DNA of 63,908 nt. Source: Polymyxa betae A26-41 (lineage: Eukaryota > Protista > Endomyxa: Phytomyxea). The DNA lies in contig RBZT01000993.1 of the NCBI GenBank assembly GCA_003693705.1, positions 1 through 63,908 of the forward strand, given 5' to 3'. Below the pieces are notes generated by a model. It made no database searches. It was not told where the DNA came from and saw only the letters and a program-made list of their open reading frames with translations. Position numbers and translations under genes: made by a program. Of this stretch, positions 1-12,433 are shown one piece after another; the first letter of the stretch is position 1; each line of letters starts with the position of its first letter.

Positions 1-150
1 GGATCGATGGGTGGACCTCAAGGCGGAATGGGAGGAGGAATGATGGGTGGACCGCAAGGCGGAATGGGAGGAATGATGGGCGGCATGGGCGGCCGTGGTG
101 GAATGATGGGAGGTATGATGCGAGGTCATATGAGGGGAGGTCGTCGTTAA
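1..150 (+). CDS. 3' end of a Gly/Met-rich (GGM/RGG) protein, 5' part outside the window
   Basis: Frame 1 reads GSMGGPQGGMGGGMMGGPQGGMGGMMGGMGGRGGMMGGMMRGHMRGGRR* with TAA at 148-150. Confidence 0.7.
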   Translation, partial: GSMGGPQGGMGGGMMGGPQGGMGGMMGGMGGRGGMMGGMMRGHMRGGRR

Positions 151-288
151 TGTACAGTCTGCTGGATAATAGCTTAGCATAGTCTTATATAAAATGAAAC
201 GTATTCATTGTACGTATTTGTCATTATCATACTGAATACGCAATTCAATGAGAATATCGAGAATGAGCTGAGCTTTACAGGGTCCCAA

Positions 289-982
289 CTAGCTTTGAGC
301 TTTCAAGTAAACTTCTCTAATCTGATGGGCGGCTGAAATTCGGATTGCAATGAGAATATACGTTCCAGGTAGCATCAGACCCTCAAAATGGATGTTCTCG
401 AATTCGACATCGTCATCATATTGTCGTACAACCATTATCTCAGCGAATCTGCTAGCTCCTTTGTCACTTTCATTATCAAACCGAAAAATCTCGCAATTTT
501 CAGCATGATTTGCTTGCAATCCTTTCAGATACATGAACCCTAAATTAACTTAAATCCAAAGCAAAGGTAAAGATAGTGATAAAACCATTTTCAAAGAACT
601 GTGAGATTAATTGGGCTCTTTCCAGCAGACAAGACACCTGCTCACTATAGGTATACAGCCTATCTGGAATAATTTCGGAATGTGGCTGTCGGCATGAACA
701 GCTTGGACCATGCTCGATAAGTAAATCAGTAACGATTTCTCTCTCGTGGCGACCCAGCCTTTCGGCTCGATGGATAATATCGGAAATAACCTGCTTCTTT
801 CAAGAATAAAAACCAAGGAAACAGACTGTAAAACAGCTTGGCACCGGAGCAGCTCTGCAAGCAGCAACTTGGTCTCGAATTTGAGCTAGAACATGCAGGT
901 CATAAGACAGTGCCACCCTGATCTGTCTGCAGTTGATACCACAAGATGTCTGACAGAATGACCATAAAGATGTAAAATCCAT
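289..982 (-). CDS. hypothetical protein, 3 exons
   Basis: MDFTSLW...RAAP | 54-nt GTGCCA..CAG intron | VISDIIHRAERLGRHERE...FFENG | GTTTTA..TTTAG intron | FMYLKGLQ...KAQS*. The spliced frame is open throughout. Confidence 0.55.
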
Positions 983-1030
983 ACATAGACCAACGATACT
1001 TTATTGTAGTGAAAACAAGACATTGCGGGT

Positions 1031-1543
1031 TTATTGCCGTTTCTTATCATCAGCTAACGAACCCACAATCTTATACTTCTGGTCGTATTTCGCCTTCCAT
1101 TCGTCTAACGCACTCTTCTGTTCATCGCTCAAATTTCCAAGATCCGTGTTATCCTACAGAATTTCAGACTTTGTGAAAGCAAGATGTCGCAAATTTACAA
1201 TCTCTTTAAAATCCATTGTTGCCAGCGCTCGAGAAGCATCCTTTCCAGCAAATAGCCCATAACCAGCTGTTTTCCCATAAAATTGTCTTCCAGAAGGATG
1301 CGATGTCATATCATAAACATTGCCCATCAAAGCGATCAGAATAGCCTTCCCGTTCTCCCCATCATAGGCAGCCAGTTCATCTCGAGTGTAGACATGGCCA
1401 GGTTCTGGCAGATCATACTTTTCCTGGGCAGGCATATCGGGAAGGTAGTGGCGCTGCAGCTGCTTCCAATACAAATAGGCGAGAGAGACCGCAAAACCAC
1501 CGATGAGGAATAGTGTAATCCAGGCGAGATCCGCGATCTCCAT
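1031..1543 (-). CDS. membrane-associated progesterone-receptor-type cytochrome b5 heme/steroid-binding protein (MAPR/Dap1 family)
   Basis: N-terminal TM helix; motifs YTRDELAAYDG, GNVYDMT, FYG..AGYGLFAGKDASRALA; second exon DNTDLGNLSDEQKSALDEWKAKYDQKYKIVG. Confidence 0.9.
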
Positions 1544-1808
1544 TCAGCTCCGAGAAATAAATCCACCTCTTACCGGAACGATGGCCTTCACAGGTTTTTC
1601 TATCTAAAACATCATAAAACACTTTGTACAGCCGCGAAGATTTTTGGCATTTCATTTATTTATTTGCCTGTTGATTACATGTTGTGAATTCAATAATATA
1701 TCAGCCGATTAAAGAATCGGTGCAAAGGTATTATATTTAGAAAGAGGGAACTGGATAGATGGAAATATCATGGGAAACTTAAATAGATAGATTAAAGATT
1801 ATCGCACG

Positions 1809-2523
1809 CTAGTTATCAGCATCGTCGGCGTGCTGCGATGTAGAAGGTACGGGGCCGAATTCGTAATACGGCCAGATCTAGATAAACAAGGAAGACTAAG
1901 TTTTGAGTTATCAACAGGTTCAAGCGTCCAAGACCTTAAGCACTACCCGCCCACGTATTAAGGAAAGTGGAACAGGGCCATAATCTCGTGAATCAATAGA
2001 TTCATAGAGATTATCTCTGAATTAAATAAAGAATTCAGTGAAGATTGCAGACTAAAAATAACTTCGTGATAGTAAAAAAGAACAGATTTCTCGCAAAATA
2101 GAAAACAACTCATAGGAATTAGGAGGATTAGTTTCTACCCTTGCAGCCAGACTTTTCCCTCAGGTACTCGTTGCTGGATGTGAGAATCGACCCAGAAATC
2201 TGACTTCCTTCGATAGGTGACAACGTCGCCAGGCATGCCAACAATTCGTTTGATGATAAACTTGTTTGGATCCCGGGGACTATTGCAGATAATCACATCA
2301 CCAGGCCCCAGCAACTGAAACCTAGGTGAAACAGCTTCACATATCATAATATCGCCATAAAGATTAAAAGTCGGCAGCATAGAGGGACCCTGAGTCTATC
2401 CAAGACTTAATCAATTCAACCTGAGCTTCTTAAGATGGATACCTTTGTGATGAACAGAACGTGTTCATGAATGGTATAGGTGAGAAGGGCTCCTTTAGCT
2501 GCCCACTGCAAGAATGTCCTCAT
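1809..2523 (-). CDS. IMP1: mitochondrial inner membrane protease subunit 1 (peptidase S26)
   Basis: GPSMLPT (catalytic Ser), IIKRIVGMPGD (Lys), VPEGKVWLQG|DN..SIDSRDYGPVP..IRGRV..|IWP across 4 exons. Confidence 0.9.
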
Positions 2524-2750
2524 ACCTGACCAATTAGCATTTCCAAAGAGAGAAATCACAAAACCAAACCGCACATTTTGTTGTTATCCTTTTTTGCCGA
2601 TTTCATTTTCAGAAAAGATAAACCCTAACTAGGTATGTACGGTATTATTTAATAACATACCGTATTTATACCGGAAACCAGATGACAATATCGTACCAAT
2701 GGCGCAATTTTTGCGTAAAATCTGATTTTGCAAAGACTGCGACTCCTTCA

Positions 2751-3860
2751 ATGCCGTCTGACGATCGTAAACGTCATAAACGCAGGCATGACGACAGCGA
2801 AGACGAACGCGATCGCCATCATATGGCGTATGTTTCATTACCAGTTAACACCCGCGTTGGTACTGATTATATTAAAGAGATGTCAATGTTGACTTCTGGC
2901 GTAGGACGCCCATGCGATAGTCTCTGCTTTGTTGGAGACGTATCCAGACGGTCGTGATGAACTTCAAGAACTCTTTAAAACGATTGATGAAGGGTCTTCA
3001 GTGGAAATCGACTCCATTCCCGACCTTTTGGTTCGAAATAGCCTACGGTTGCTATTCCAATGTCTTCGTCTTAATCTCCAGGGCAGTTCATACACACTTG
3101 GCAGTAGCTCACCAAATCTGTCGTCAATATTCGAAAGCATTTTCCGGAATGCAATTAGTGAGAACGATCGCTTGAAGGTAGAGCAACCCAAGGTTGTGGA
3201 GAAAGAGCAACCAAAACGTGTAATTGGACCAACAATGCCGCCATCATTTGCCGACGACGACGATGACGATGACGATTTCGGTCCTCCGGTTTCTTCCGAT
3301 GGCAAGGCGATTATTGTTGCAGCTGCAGCTAGGCCCAGTAGTGAGATGGCTTCTGAACGAGCTGGTCGCGAATCCTGGATGACGCAGTTACCCGAGGGCC
3401 GAACAGGGGTTTCCACTGCCCATGGGCTCATTGCAAGGTCGTTTTCACGTAAAGGAATTCGTGATGTAATTGCCGCTGTCAGTTTCAGATGTCTTTAACT
3501 GATAATTTTCAGGTTGGAGATCAGTCGGCCTGGACCGATACCGCAGCTGATAAACAACGAAAATTCGAGAAGACAATGGCAGATAGAGCAACTGGCTTCA
3601 AAGAAAAGAAGCAGAAGATGATGTCGTCAAAGCCTTCGTCGCTTCCCGAGAGTAATGAAAAATGGAAGCCTTCATTACTGGAGCAGTATCGGGCAAACCC
3701 ACAGGCGTTTCAGAAGGAATCGGCAGAATCAACGTCAGTATGGGATAGGGAAAGAGATCTAGTTCGGGGCACGAAGGCGTCGCTCTCGAATTTGAAGAAT
3801 ATCGTGGCAGATGCCAACAAAATAAGCTCCAGGTTTTCCAAAGGATCCACGATGCTCTGA
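2751..3860 (+). CDS. GPALPP-motif/DUF3752 family protein
   Basis: KRVIGPTMPP, RESWMTQLPEGR, SAWTDT, SLLEQY, WDRERDL and C-terminal ISSRFSKG motifs; 3 exons. Confidence 0.75.
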
Positions 3861-3883
3861 AGGATTGATTGAATGCGAGCTAC

Positions 3884-4219
3884 TTAGCATCTTGTGCTGA
3901 ATGTACAATACTCGCTTATGTTGAGCGATAGCCATTTGTACTTGATCGCATTAAAAAGCGACACTCCGATCTCGTTTTCTGTAAATTCGTTTTCAAGAGT
4001 GCTTACAAGTTCTCAGGAAATTTAATTATTCAAGAAAGCCGTTCGAACTGGCACCAATCAATCATTTTCTGGATCGATTTTAATAAACACATTCGCCAAA
4101 AATTGGTTCAATCATGGTATTCTAAGCATTGATGCAACTTGAAATTCGTCAGCTCTCTCAATGGGATCTCAGGAATTAAGAATGGACGTATGGTGCTCAT
4201 CGACGGAATCTGTTAACAT
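3884..4219 (-). pseudogene. possible decayed or recoded gene
   Basis: 112-codon protein-like frame with 5 internal stops (4 TGA, 1 TAA). Confidence 0.3.
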
Positions 4220-4367
4220 TGTTGTCGAATATTATAGATAACTAGTACTGACATCGGCAACAAGAAAGCGATTCAAAGCTAATCGTCAGGCATCTCAGCG
4301 CTCCTGAACGACGAATACCGACCGGAGATAAAATAGAGGTAATATAATTCAAACAATGAAGAAAGGG

Positions 4368-4778
4368 TTATGATTGAGTCGTAGATGAATGTGAGCAGCA
4401 ACCTACAGCTCCATCATCCTCATCATGACAATGTGTGCCAGCATCAGACTCGGAGTCGCTCTCCGAATCGCTCTCACCAAACGCTCGCTTCTTGTGAAAG
4501 ATGCAACACTCTGAAATGGAACACGAGGTCAGATCTGGGCGATGGACGGGCTCTAGCTGGACAGGAACCCTACTTTTCGATTTCTTCTTGTTCAGGTGCT
4601 CGTTATCGACGGTCTCTGTCGTGAACTGCACCGACCGATGCCCGGTTCGCCTAGGCCTGGGTCGCGTTCTCCTCTCGAGATGCAGCGGGATTACATGCCC
4701 GGTGGCTCTAGCAGTAATTGTTGCTCTCTCTTGGATCACAGTTACTGTCTGGGTCGTGGTCCCTGTCGTCGTCATCAT
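4368..4778 (-). CDS. YPI1: protein phosphatase 1 inhibitor-3 (PPP1R11/Ypi1)
   Basis: RSVQFTTETVDNEHLNKKKSK | intron | CCIFHKKRAFGESDSESD; carries an RVxF-like motif and the family signature. Confidence 0.9.
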   Translation of the reverse strand: MMTTTGTTTQTVTVIQERATITARATGHVIPLHLERRTRPRPRRTGHRSVQFTTETVDNEHLNKKKSKSRVPVQLEPVHRPDLTSCSISECCIFHKKRAFGESDSESDSESDAGTHCHDEDDGAVGCCSHSSTTQS

Positions 4779-5288
4779 TAATGGTGAAGATTTGCGTGAT
4801 GACACCTGTCTCGGGGAATGTCCTTTTGCCGATCAAAGCGAGAATTTCCTCTCAACAAGACATTGCAATTTCATATAGGTATACTATGTTATATATTACA
4901 TGCAGGATCGGATCTCGGCGTACTGGTCCAGGATGTGGTTCTCCGGGATGGCTACCGCTGACTGATAAAAAACCCGGTCTCATCTCTTGTTTACATTTAT
5001 GGTGTTTTCGTTTTACCTGCCTTGACATTCATATCGTTCAATCTGTATATTGAATATTTATATCTAACGAGATCAGTTTGATGATGGGCTTGGTTTGCCT
5101 GAATCTAGCAGTTAGACCAGCATTAGACATTAGATGCTCATCTGCCTTTCAAAAAAGCAGCTTCCTAGATGATAAGCTTGATCAGCAGTTTTTTTTAAGT
5201 TTAATTAATTTCAAGATTATGAGTCCCATTATTTACCAATGAGCTCTGGATAATCAAGGAGTTCATTTCGCATATTGTAATACCGGTA

Positions 5289-6111
5289 ATGCGATTGATC
5301 CTTGGATCGTCATCCAAAATACGTCAACGTCTCCTCAGAGAAATATGTCCAGATTTCATAGTTCGATCAGCTGATATCGACGAATACAGCATTAAATTGG
5401 ACCACGAAGAAGATCGAGCCAGATCCGATCCATCATCGTTGGTACTGGCCATCGCACGAGCTAAATTGCATCGGATCTGCGATGACCTGGACGTCACCAA
5501 TCAAGTCTTTGAATACCAGATTGCCCTTTATCTCAACGAATTATCGATTGGTCTAGGAGGCGACGGTTGTCATCACTATGGATTCAGTGGTCTATCATAA
5601 TGGAGAGATTCGAGAGAAGCCCAAATCACCTGAACAATGTCGTCAATGGATGCGTCAATACCAACTTCAATCGGTTCGAAAGTGATGCCTGTAAACAAAT
5701 CTTAAACCCTAACAAACTTTCAGGTCTCAGCCTGTACCGGCGTCGTCATCAAGAACATGGCTACCGGGTGTCAGGTCGAAGGGTCAGCCACTTTGTATTA
5801 TCATCCTATCTATTCATCGATGTGTGGGCTGGCAGGGTGGCCCATGCGGTCCAGTACTACCGGCCGATTCCGGACCAAGAGCTCGAACATATCATTGATC
5901 AAGGCGAGATTCTAGGCTGTGCTGGAGGATATATTGTATCTATACGTATGATAGCTGTTTTACATACTGTTGATTGTTATGCTGATTGATGATGTTATTA
6001 CATAGCTGAAATTCAGCCATATCTCGGAGATAGGGTCGGTGATCTCGATACACTCATGGGATTCCCATCACTACTTCTTCGTCAACTTCTACAGCAGGTC
6101 CAGGATATCTA
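5289..6111 (+). CDS. Maf-like nucleoside triphosphate pyrophosphatase
   Basis: MRLILGSSSKIR, ADIDE, LAIARAK, VITMDSVV..IREKP, CAGG, GDLDTLMGFP; multi-exon. Confidence 0.85.
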
Positions 6112-6229
6112 GTTCAATCAATCAAGGCTCATGGTTTGGTGTTAAATTTCCCAGGGAAGATACATTTGTTTTAGAGTCATCAACATACCACATAAAAACA
6201 ACACTTCCTGATTTTATGTGAATTTAGTC

Positions 6230-7687
6230 AAATTGGTACGAATTGGGCTCTGGACTTCATTACTCGTAAGATGCTTTCTGACTCAGTTCGTTTAATACCA
6301 GAGAACCCGCTAAGCTCGTATGATTCGTTATGGATCACCGAAACGCCTTCTTGATCTGAATGGAGTGACTATATCATACTATCAATCGATGAGAAATCTT
6401 GTGAGCCAATGCCATGCTCTAGCTTCATCAGAGATCGGGCTGAACATGTTATCATTCAAACAAGATTCTATTCGCTAAAAACGTCGAACTTTTGACGATG
6501 AAAGCTCTAATGCGAATTGATTGATACCGTTTTCTTCCATCGTCATTCTTTCTTAACTATTGACATATTCATTGCCAAGACAAAAGATGCCATAGTCCAT
6601 AAGGTGCATATGCATTCTCAGAATTCGTTCCAGATCCCATCACCAGGACGCACGATTTAGAAAGTCGATCCACTTCCCGTCAAAAATCTGATTCTTCTCA
6701 AAAGTATGTTTCTCGGATAAATCGAACCATACTAAAGGCGGCAGCAGCATTTTGCAAGTCGAATAGGTTTACGGAATATCTTTCACAGAATGGTTTCGAT
6801 GTCGGGCGTTGCCTGAGGTTGTACGGCGACAAAGCCACCAATACTTTGGAAGCATCCGATAACAGCACTCGAACAAAGCTTAACAGGAAGATGGTTTGCT
6901 TTGATAATATGGAGCTCTATGCAGTATTCTAATACAGTTCAATACAGTAGCTAAAATATCATTGATGCAAGATTTCAGTTTTGTCAATGCCAGAGATCGC
7001 TATCTCTTCCACCAGCACCAGCAGCACTGTGTAGTTAAGCAAAACATCTTCGTTGCTTCATATAAGAGAGGATACTGCCTGAGATAACATCTCCATGAAG
7101 AACGCCCAGGCAGCGGGCCGGAGCCAAGATCTAATCACGCCTCTTACTCGGTTAAGTTCTTGACGACCATGCAGAACGGCAGCTGGTCGAGACGAACCAA
7201 GGCGTCAAATTGCTTTCGCCTTGAGTGTGAGTACACGCGTCAGATAGTTTAGAAGCAAGAGCAGGATACGACGGGACAAAAACAGTTCAATCTGATCAGC
7301 AGAGAGAATTAGTCAAACATTTGGTACGGTATAGGCGATAATGGGAAGGTAGCAGCGTCCTTCACTCGCATTGGTCAGAGGCTGTATGTCGAGCAGGGTT
7401 AAAATAGGGCACTTTATAAGCTGGTTAACGAGCCATGACCTCAATTGGCAGAGATTCCGACGGGAAACTAGAATTCTACTGATCGATCGTAACGACCAGT
7501 TCACACAGGCAAGGTTCAATTTGGAAAGACTATTCAACGTACATACTGCATAGTTCTCTGCAGGTATCAGATTTCGATTTAGCACTGTGAGGTAATACGG
7601 ACTTGAACATTTCAGGAATCCGGTTACTGTTCAGTCCGACCCCCAATATGGCAGCTTTCTTCGGGATTCTTTCTTTTTTGTCCGCAT
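6230..7687 (-). pseudogene. probable decayed spliced gene, divergent from CDC7
   Basis: ATG at 7687, intron-like segments (GTACCA..CTAAT..CAG), and protein-like blocks that switch frame and contain multiple stops. Confidence 0.4.
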
Positions 7688-7726
7688 GTATTTGAAAATG
7701 GGGCAAAACTCAAAAGGAGATCTTGT

Positions 7727-7753
7727 TTTGGCGCGGGTAAAATGGCGCGCGAA
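7727..7753. promoter_or_regulatory. tandem E2F-like sites upstream of CDC7
   Basis: TTTGGCGC at 7727-7734 matches TTTSSCGC; GGCGCGCGAA at 7744-7753 is a reverse-oriented variant. Confidence 0.55.
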
Positions 7754-7879
7754 TTAACTGCTGCTGGGCTGCAGCCAGCAGGGTGTTCGGGCGGGCCTCA
7801 TTGCTGATTTAAAATTCAATAGAGAGCTATGGACGCCATTATCAATCTATGATCGAGATTCTAACCTGGCCACTACCTG

Positions 7880-9276
<1,397 letters not shown>

Positions 9277-9498
9277 TGGCTGGCTCCTGAGCATCTGTTT
9301 GACCTGCAATATACATATGGCCCCAACAGTTCCTATCTATTGATTATATGAAATAATATCAATACAATCTACCTCTATTTATGTAAATTTTCCTGTGTTG
9401 CTTTCTTATTATATTTCCAGTAACAAGCGATATCAATATTCCACACACGCGAAGTTGTTAAAGTGATCTCTCAAAGAGAAAGGCGATTTCTGCGTGAG

Positions 9499-9920
9499 AT
9501 GGATTACGATGACTACGACGACTATGATCAGGGTGAAGAGCAGGTGCCGATTGCAGAGCCGCCAACTCTTGAAACAACGGAGCCGACCAGGGAGCCACGA
9601 CTTAAGAAACCGAGGAGAACGCTGAACGCTGACCTGCTCAAAGACCAGGATCACGGCCTGGGTTTACTCCAGCGCGAATTCCGGAAGACTCGGTTTCGTG
9701 GAAAAGGCTACGAGCTTGATGACCTCTCGCGATTGCTTAAAATCTATCAAGAATGGGCTCATCAGGTCAAAAGCATCCAGTTTTTTTTAGGGCTCTGACT
9801 GATCTTTAGCTGTTTCCAAAACTCGACTTCACTGCATTTCTCGACCGGATACACAACATAGGCAGAAAAGGACTAGTTAATGATGGCGAACTATTCGAAC
9901 AAGTCCCTGACGGGTTATAG
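9499..9920 (+). CDS. TIPIN: TIMELESS-interacting protein / Swi3 / Csm3
   Basis: KPRRTLNADLL..GL..FRGKGYELDDLSRLLKIYQEWAHQ|LFPKLDF..FLDRI..IG. Confidence 0.85.
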
Positions 9921-10122
9921 TGCATTTATTGTAGTCTGCTTCAAATGAGTGTGAGAGCATCCCAACAAGACATAATTCGCAGTACATTTACAGTTGTATA
10001 CAATAAAATGCATTAGCTTAAGCTTTAAGTGATAAAATCTAATTAATAGTATGTATATGCATTAGCAAAGGGACGAAGTCGCCCTTACCGCTGAACCCTT
10101 AGCCAACCCGGATCTAATAATT

Positions 10123-12311
10123 TCAATTCTGAAGACGGGAGATAATGCCGCTAATGATATTTCGTTGGACCTGGGCATCCTGATCCATTTTATCATCGAC
10201 AACATCACCAATTTCATCATGAAGACGTCTTAGCGAGGCAACAATGTCTTCAACCTTAATTGAAGTTAACTGCAGCTGCCTTAAAGCGCGCTCGGAGATT
10301 TGTGCTTCTCCAGCGGTTATAACAAATCCGAGAACGAAATCGACCATTTGCAGTGTGAACGACGCTGGTTGCCAGTATAAGATCAACTTTTAAACAAAAA
10401 ATGAAAGTACCATTTTCTGAATCAGAATTTTCGTCGAGTTCTTTGAACTTTTGGTGTAGATCAATCAGACGATCGACCTTTTCATGTTCCTTTTCCTGAA
10501 TGCCATTTCAAACGTAAATCGTATGCACGCGTCAGCTTACAGCGAATTTCTTAAGAAGTCGTTGATACTGGATATCACTGGTTTGCATGAACAAATTGGC
10601 GATAATCGAGATGAGACATTCTGTATTTGACAATCAGCGCTATACAGTATTTAGACCCGCGACAAGATCGTATTTTACCCTCTTCTTCTTCTATAGAAAC
10701 CTTGTGCTTTTTATGACGTTTCGATCTACCTGCCATGAAGGCAGCAAATACGGCTTTAAGACCGCCCAAATCGACAAGCTTCTGGCAGTTCAATCGGTCC
10801 TCTGTAATCAGTAAGTAAAGCGAGCACACGAACTGGAGAGCTGACTTTGAACGGCTAAATTCAGCACTTTCAAAGCATGAAAGGTCAAGAAATTCTTCGC
10901 TCTAAGAGCACGTCATTGACAACGAAATGACAGCCGATGTCTATACCTAATGCAATCCAAACAAAATTGTAGACCACCAACAGATTCGAAAATGCTTCTT
11001 AATGGTGGATCCAGCAACGCACAAGTTACAGCAGAGAATAAATTTTCAACCTGAATGGTTCAATGTGTCAAAGTAATCATAGTGATATGAGGAAATATAT
11101 ACAAGTCCTGTCTCATCGTCACCGGATGGGTCACGATCTGTGAACGATCGTAATATCGACAACGCCTTCTCAAGAGGACCTTTAGCGAATGATCTGTGAC
11201 CATGAGATCCCCCTTACTGATTGTGAGTCTGATGAAAAAAACATGCATCGATTTGCCTACCATGAAGCAGGAAAACGGCGACCAAATCAGCGGCAGCGAA
11301 TCGGTTTTCATCACTGGGTGACATTTTAGATGCGACTCGATCGGTCAAGACAGAGATAAAGTTGGTCTTCTGGAGGACAATCTCAGCGCTACTGTTATCC
11401 GCCTCAACCATGGCCTCGAAAGTAGCTAACAGCAATGAGACCGCCTCTCGATCATTCTCCTAACAAACGGCAGCAGTAATCGTTATTAAGTCGTCTAAAA
11501 CAATCCATAACTAATTGCCAAGAAGCATTAGAAGGAATATGAAAAACCCATCATCAACTCATAAAACAACGGACAGTATTACTGGGCCAAATAAGTGAAC
11601 TGATTGCTGCATTATAAGGCCCATACATTGGTCCAGAGTAGACTGGACTGCAGCAAGTCTCTAGCCAATAGACCGAGAGCCAAGAAAAGTATTATGAAGA
11701 TACTTGAAAGCATAAAAAATAAAAGATGGTACTCACCTCGTTCTCGTCAAATCTTGACAGGGCTTCAACCAAGATTGGGAATCCATCTGTTTTTTTGATC
11801 CGATCAATTACAACTGCAAGATGCTGCTCTTCCTCTTTTGAATCAATATCGAATACGGTATGAATTAATCGGACCGTAGAAATAGCAATATCGACATTCT
11901 CATGAGCAAGAAGCGATAAGCAACTATCTAAGGCACCGAGTCTAACAAACTCATTGTAAACATTCGTGTCAGCAGACAACTCCTGTGTTAAGTTCTCAAG
12001 TTCGTCGTTCAGCTTGATCTACGAGCGCCATTTAGCTCAAGCTCATGTGATATGAAACGAACACCGACTTCGGAATCCATAAACTTTTTAGGGTCGTCAG
12101 CAAATTTAATTCGCATCTGCTGATTTAGGTTGAGAGCTTTGTCAAATTTGAGAACGTGTTTTCGGATTCGTAGAGGTCCATGGATATCATCGTCATCAGG
12201 AATGACATCCTCATCTCTTAAAATCCTGCGAATCTCATTAATGTCTGAGGTATGGTCGAGGACTTCCCTGAGATCTGATAGCTTCCTCTTTCTTCCCAAG
12301 CTAGAACTCAT
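10123..12311 (-). CDS. CTNNBL1: beta-catenin-like protein 1 (spliceosomal Prp19 complex)
   Basis: LKFDKALNLNQQMRIKFADDPKKFMDSE, LLAHENVDIAI, RFDENE, CQKLVDLGGLKAVFAAFM, FTLQMVD; many short introns. Confidence 0.9.
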
Positions 12312-12433
12312 GAAGCAGAAGATAGAATGGAATATATCGGTCACGGTACTTGAACCCCGCCAAATTCCGTCGTTCAAATTCCAGTAGGTACCATTTTTTT
12401 CTTCAATTGACATTAATAGGTAGTTTTAGAACT

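Noticed and set aside
800-802. Apparent in-frame TGA readthrough in the 289-982 gene
   Set aside because: The stop falls inside a plausible 54-nt phase-0 GT-AG intron.
5070-5200. Possible box C/D snoRNA (TGATGA, CTGA, downstream T-run)
   Set aside because: No terminal D box and no recognisable rRNA guide.
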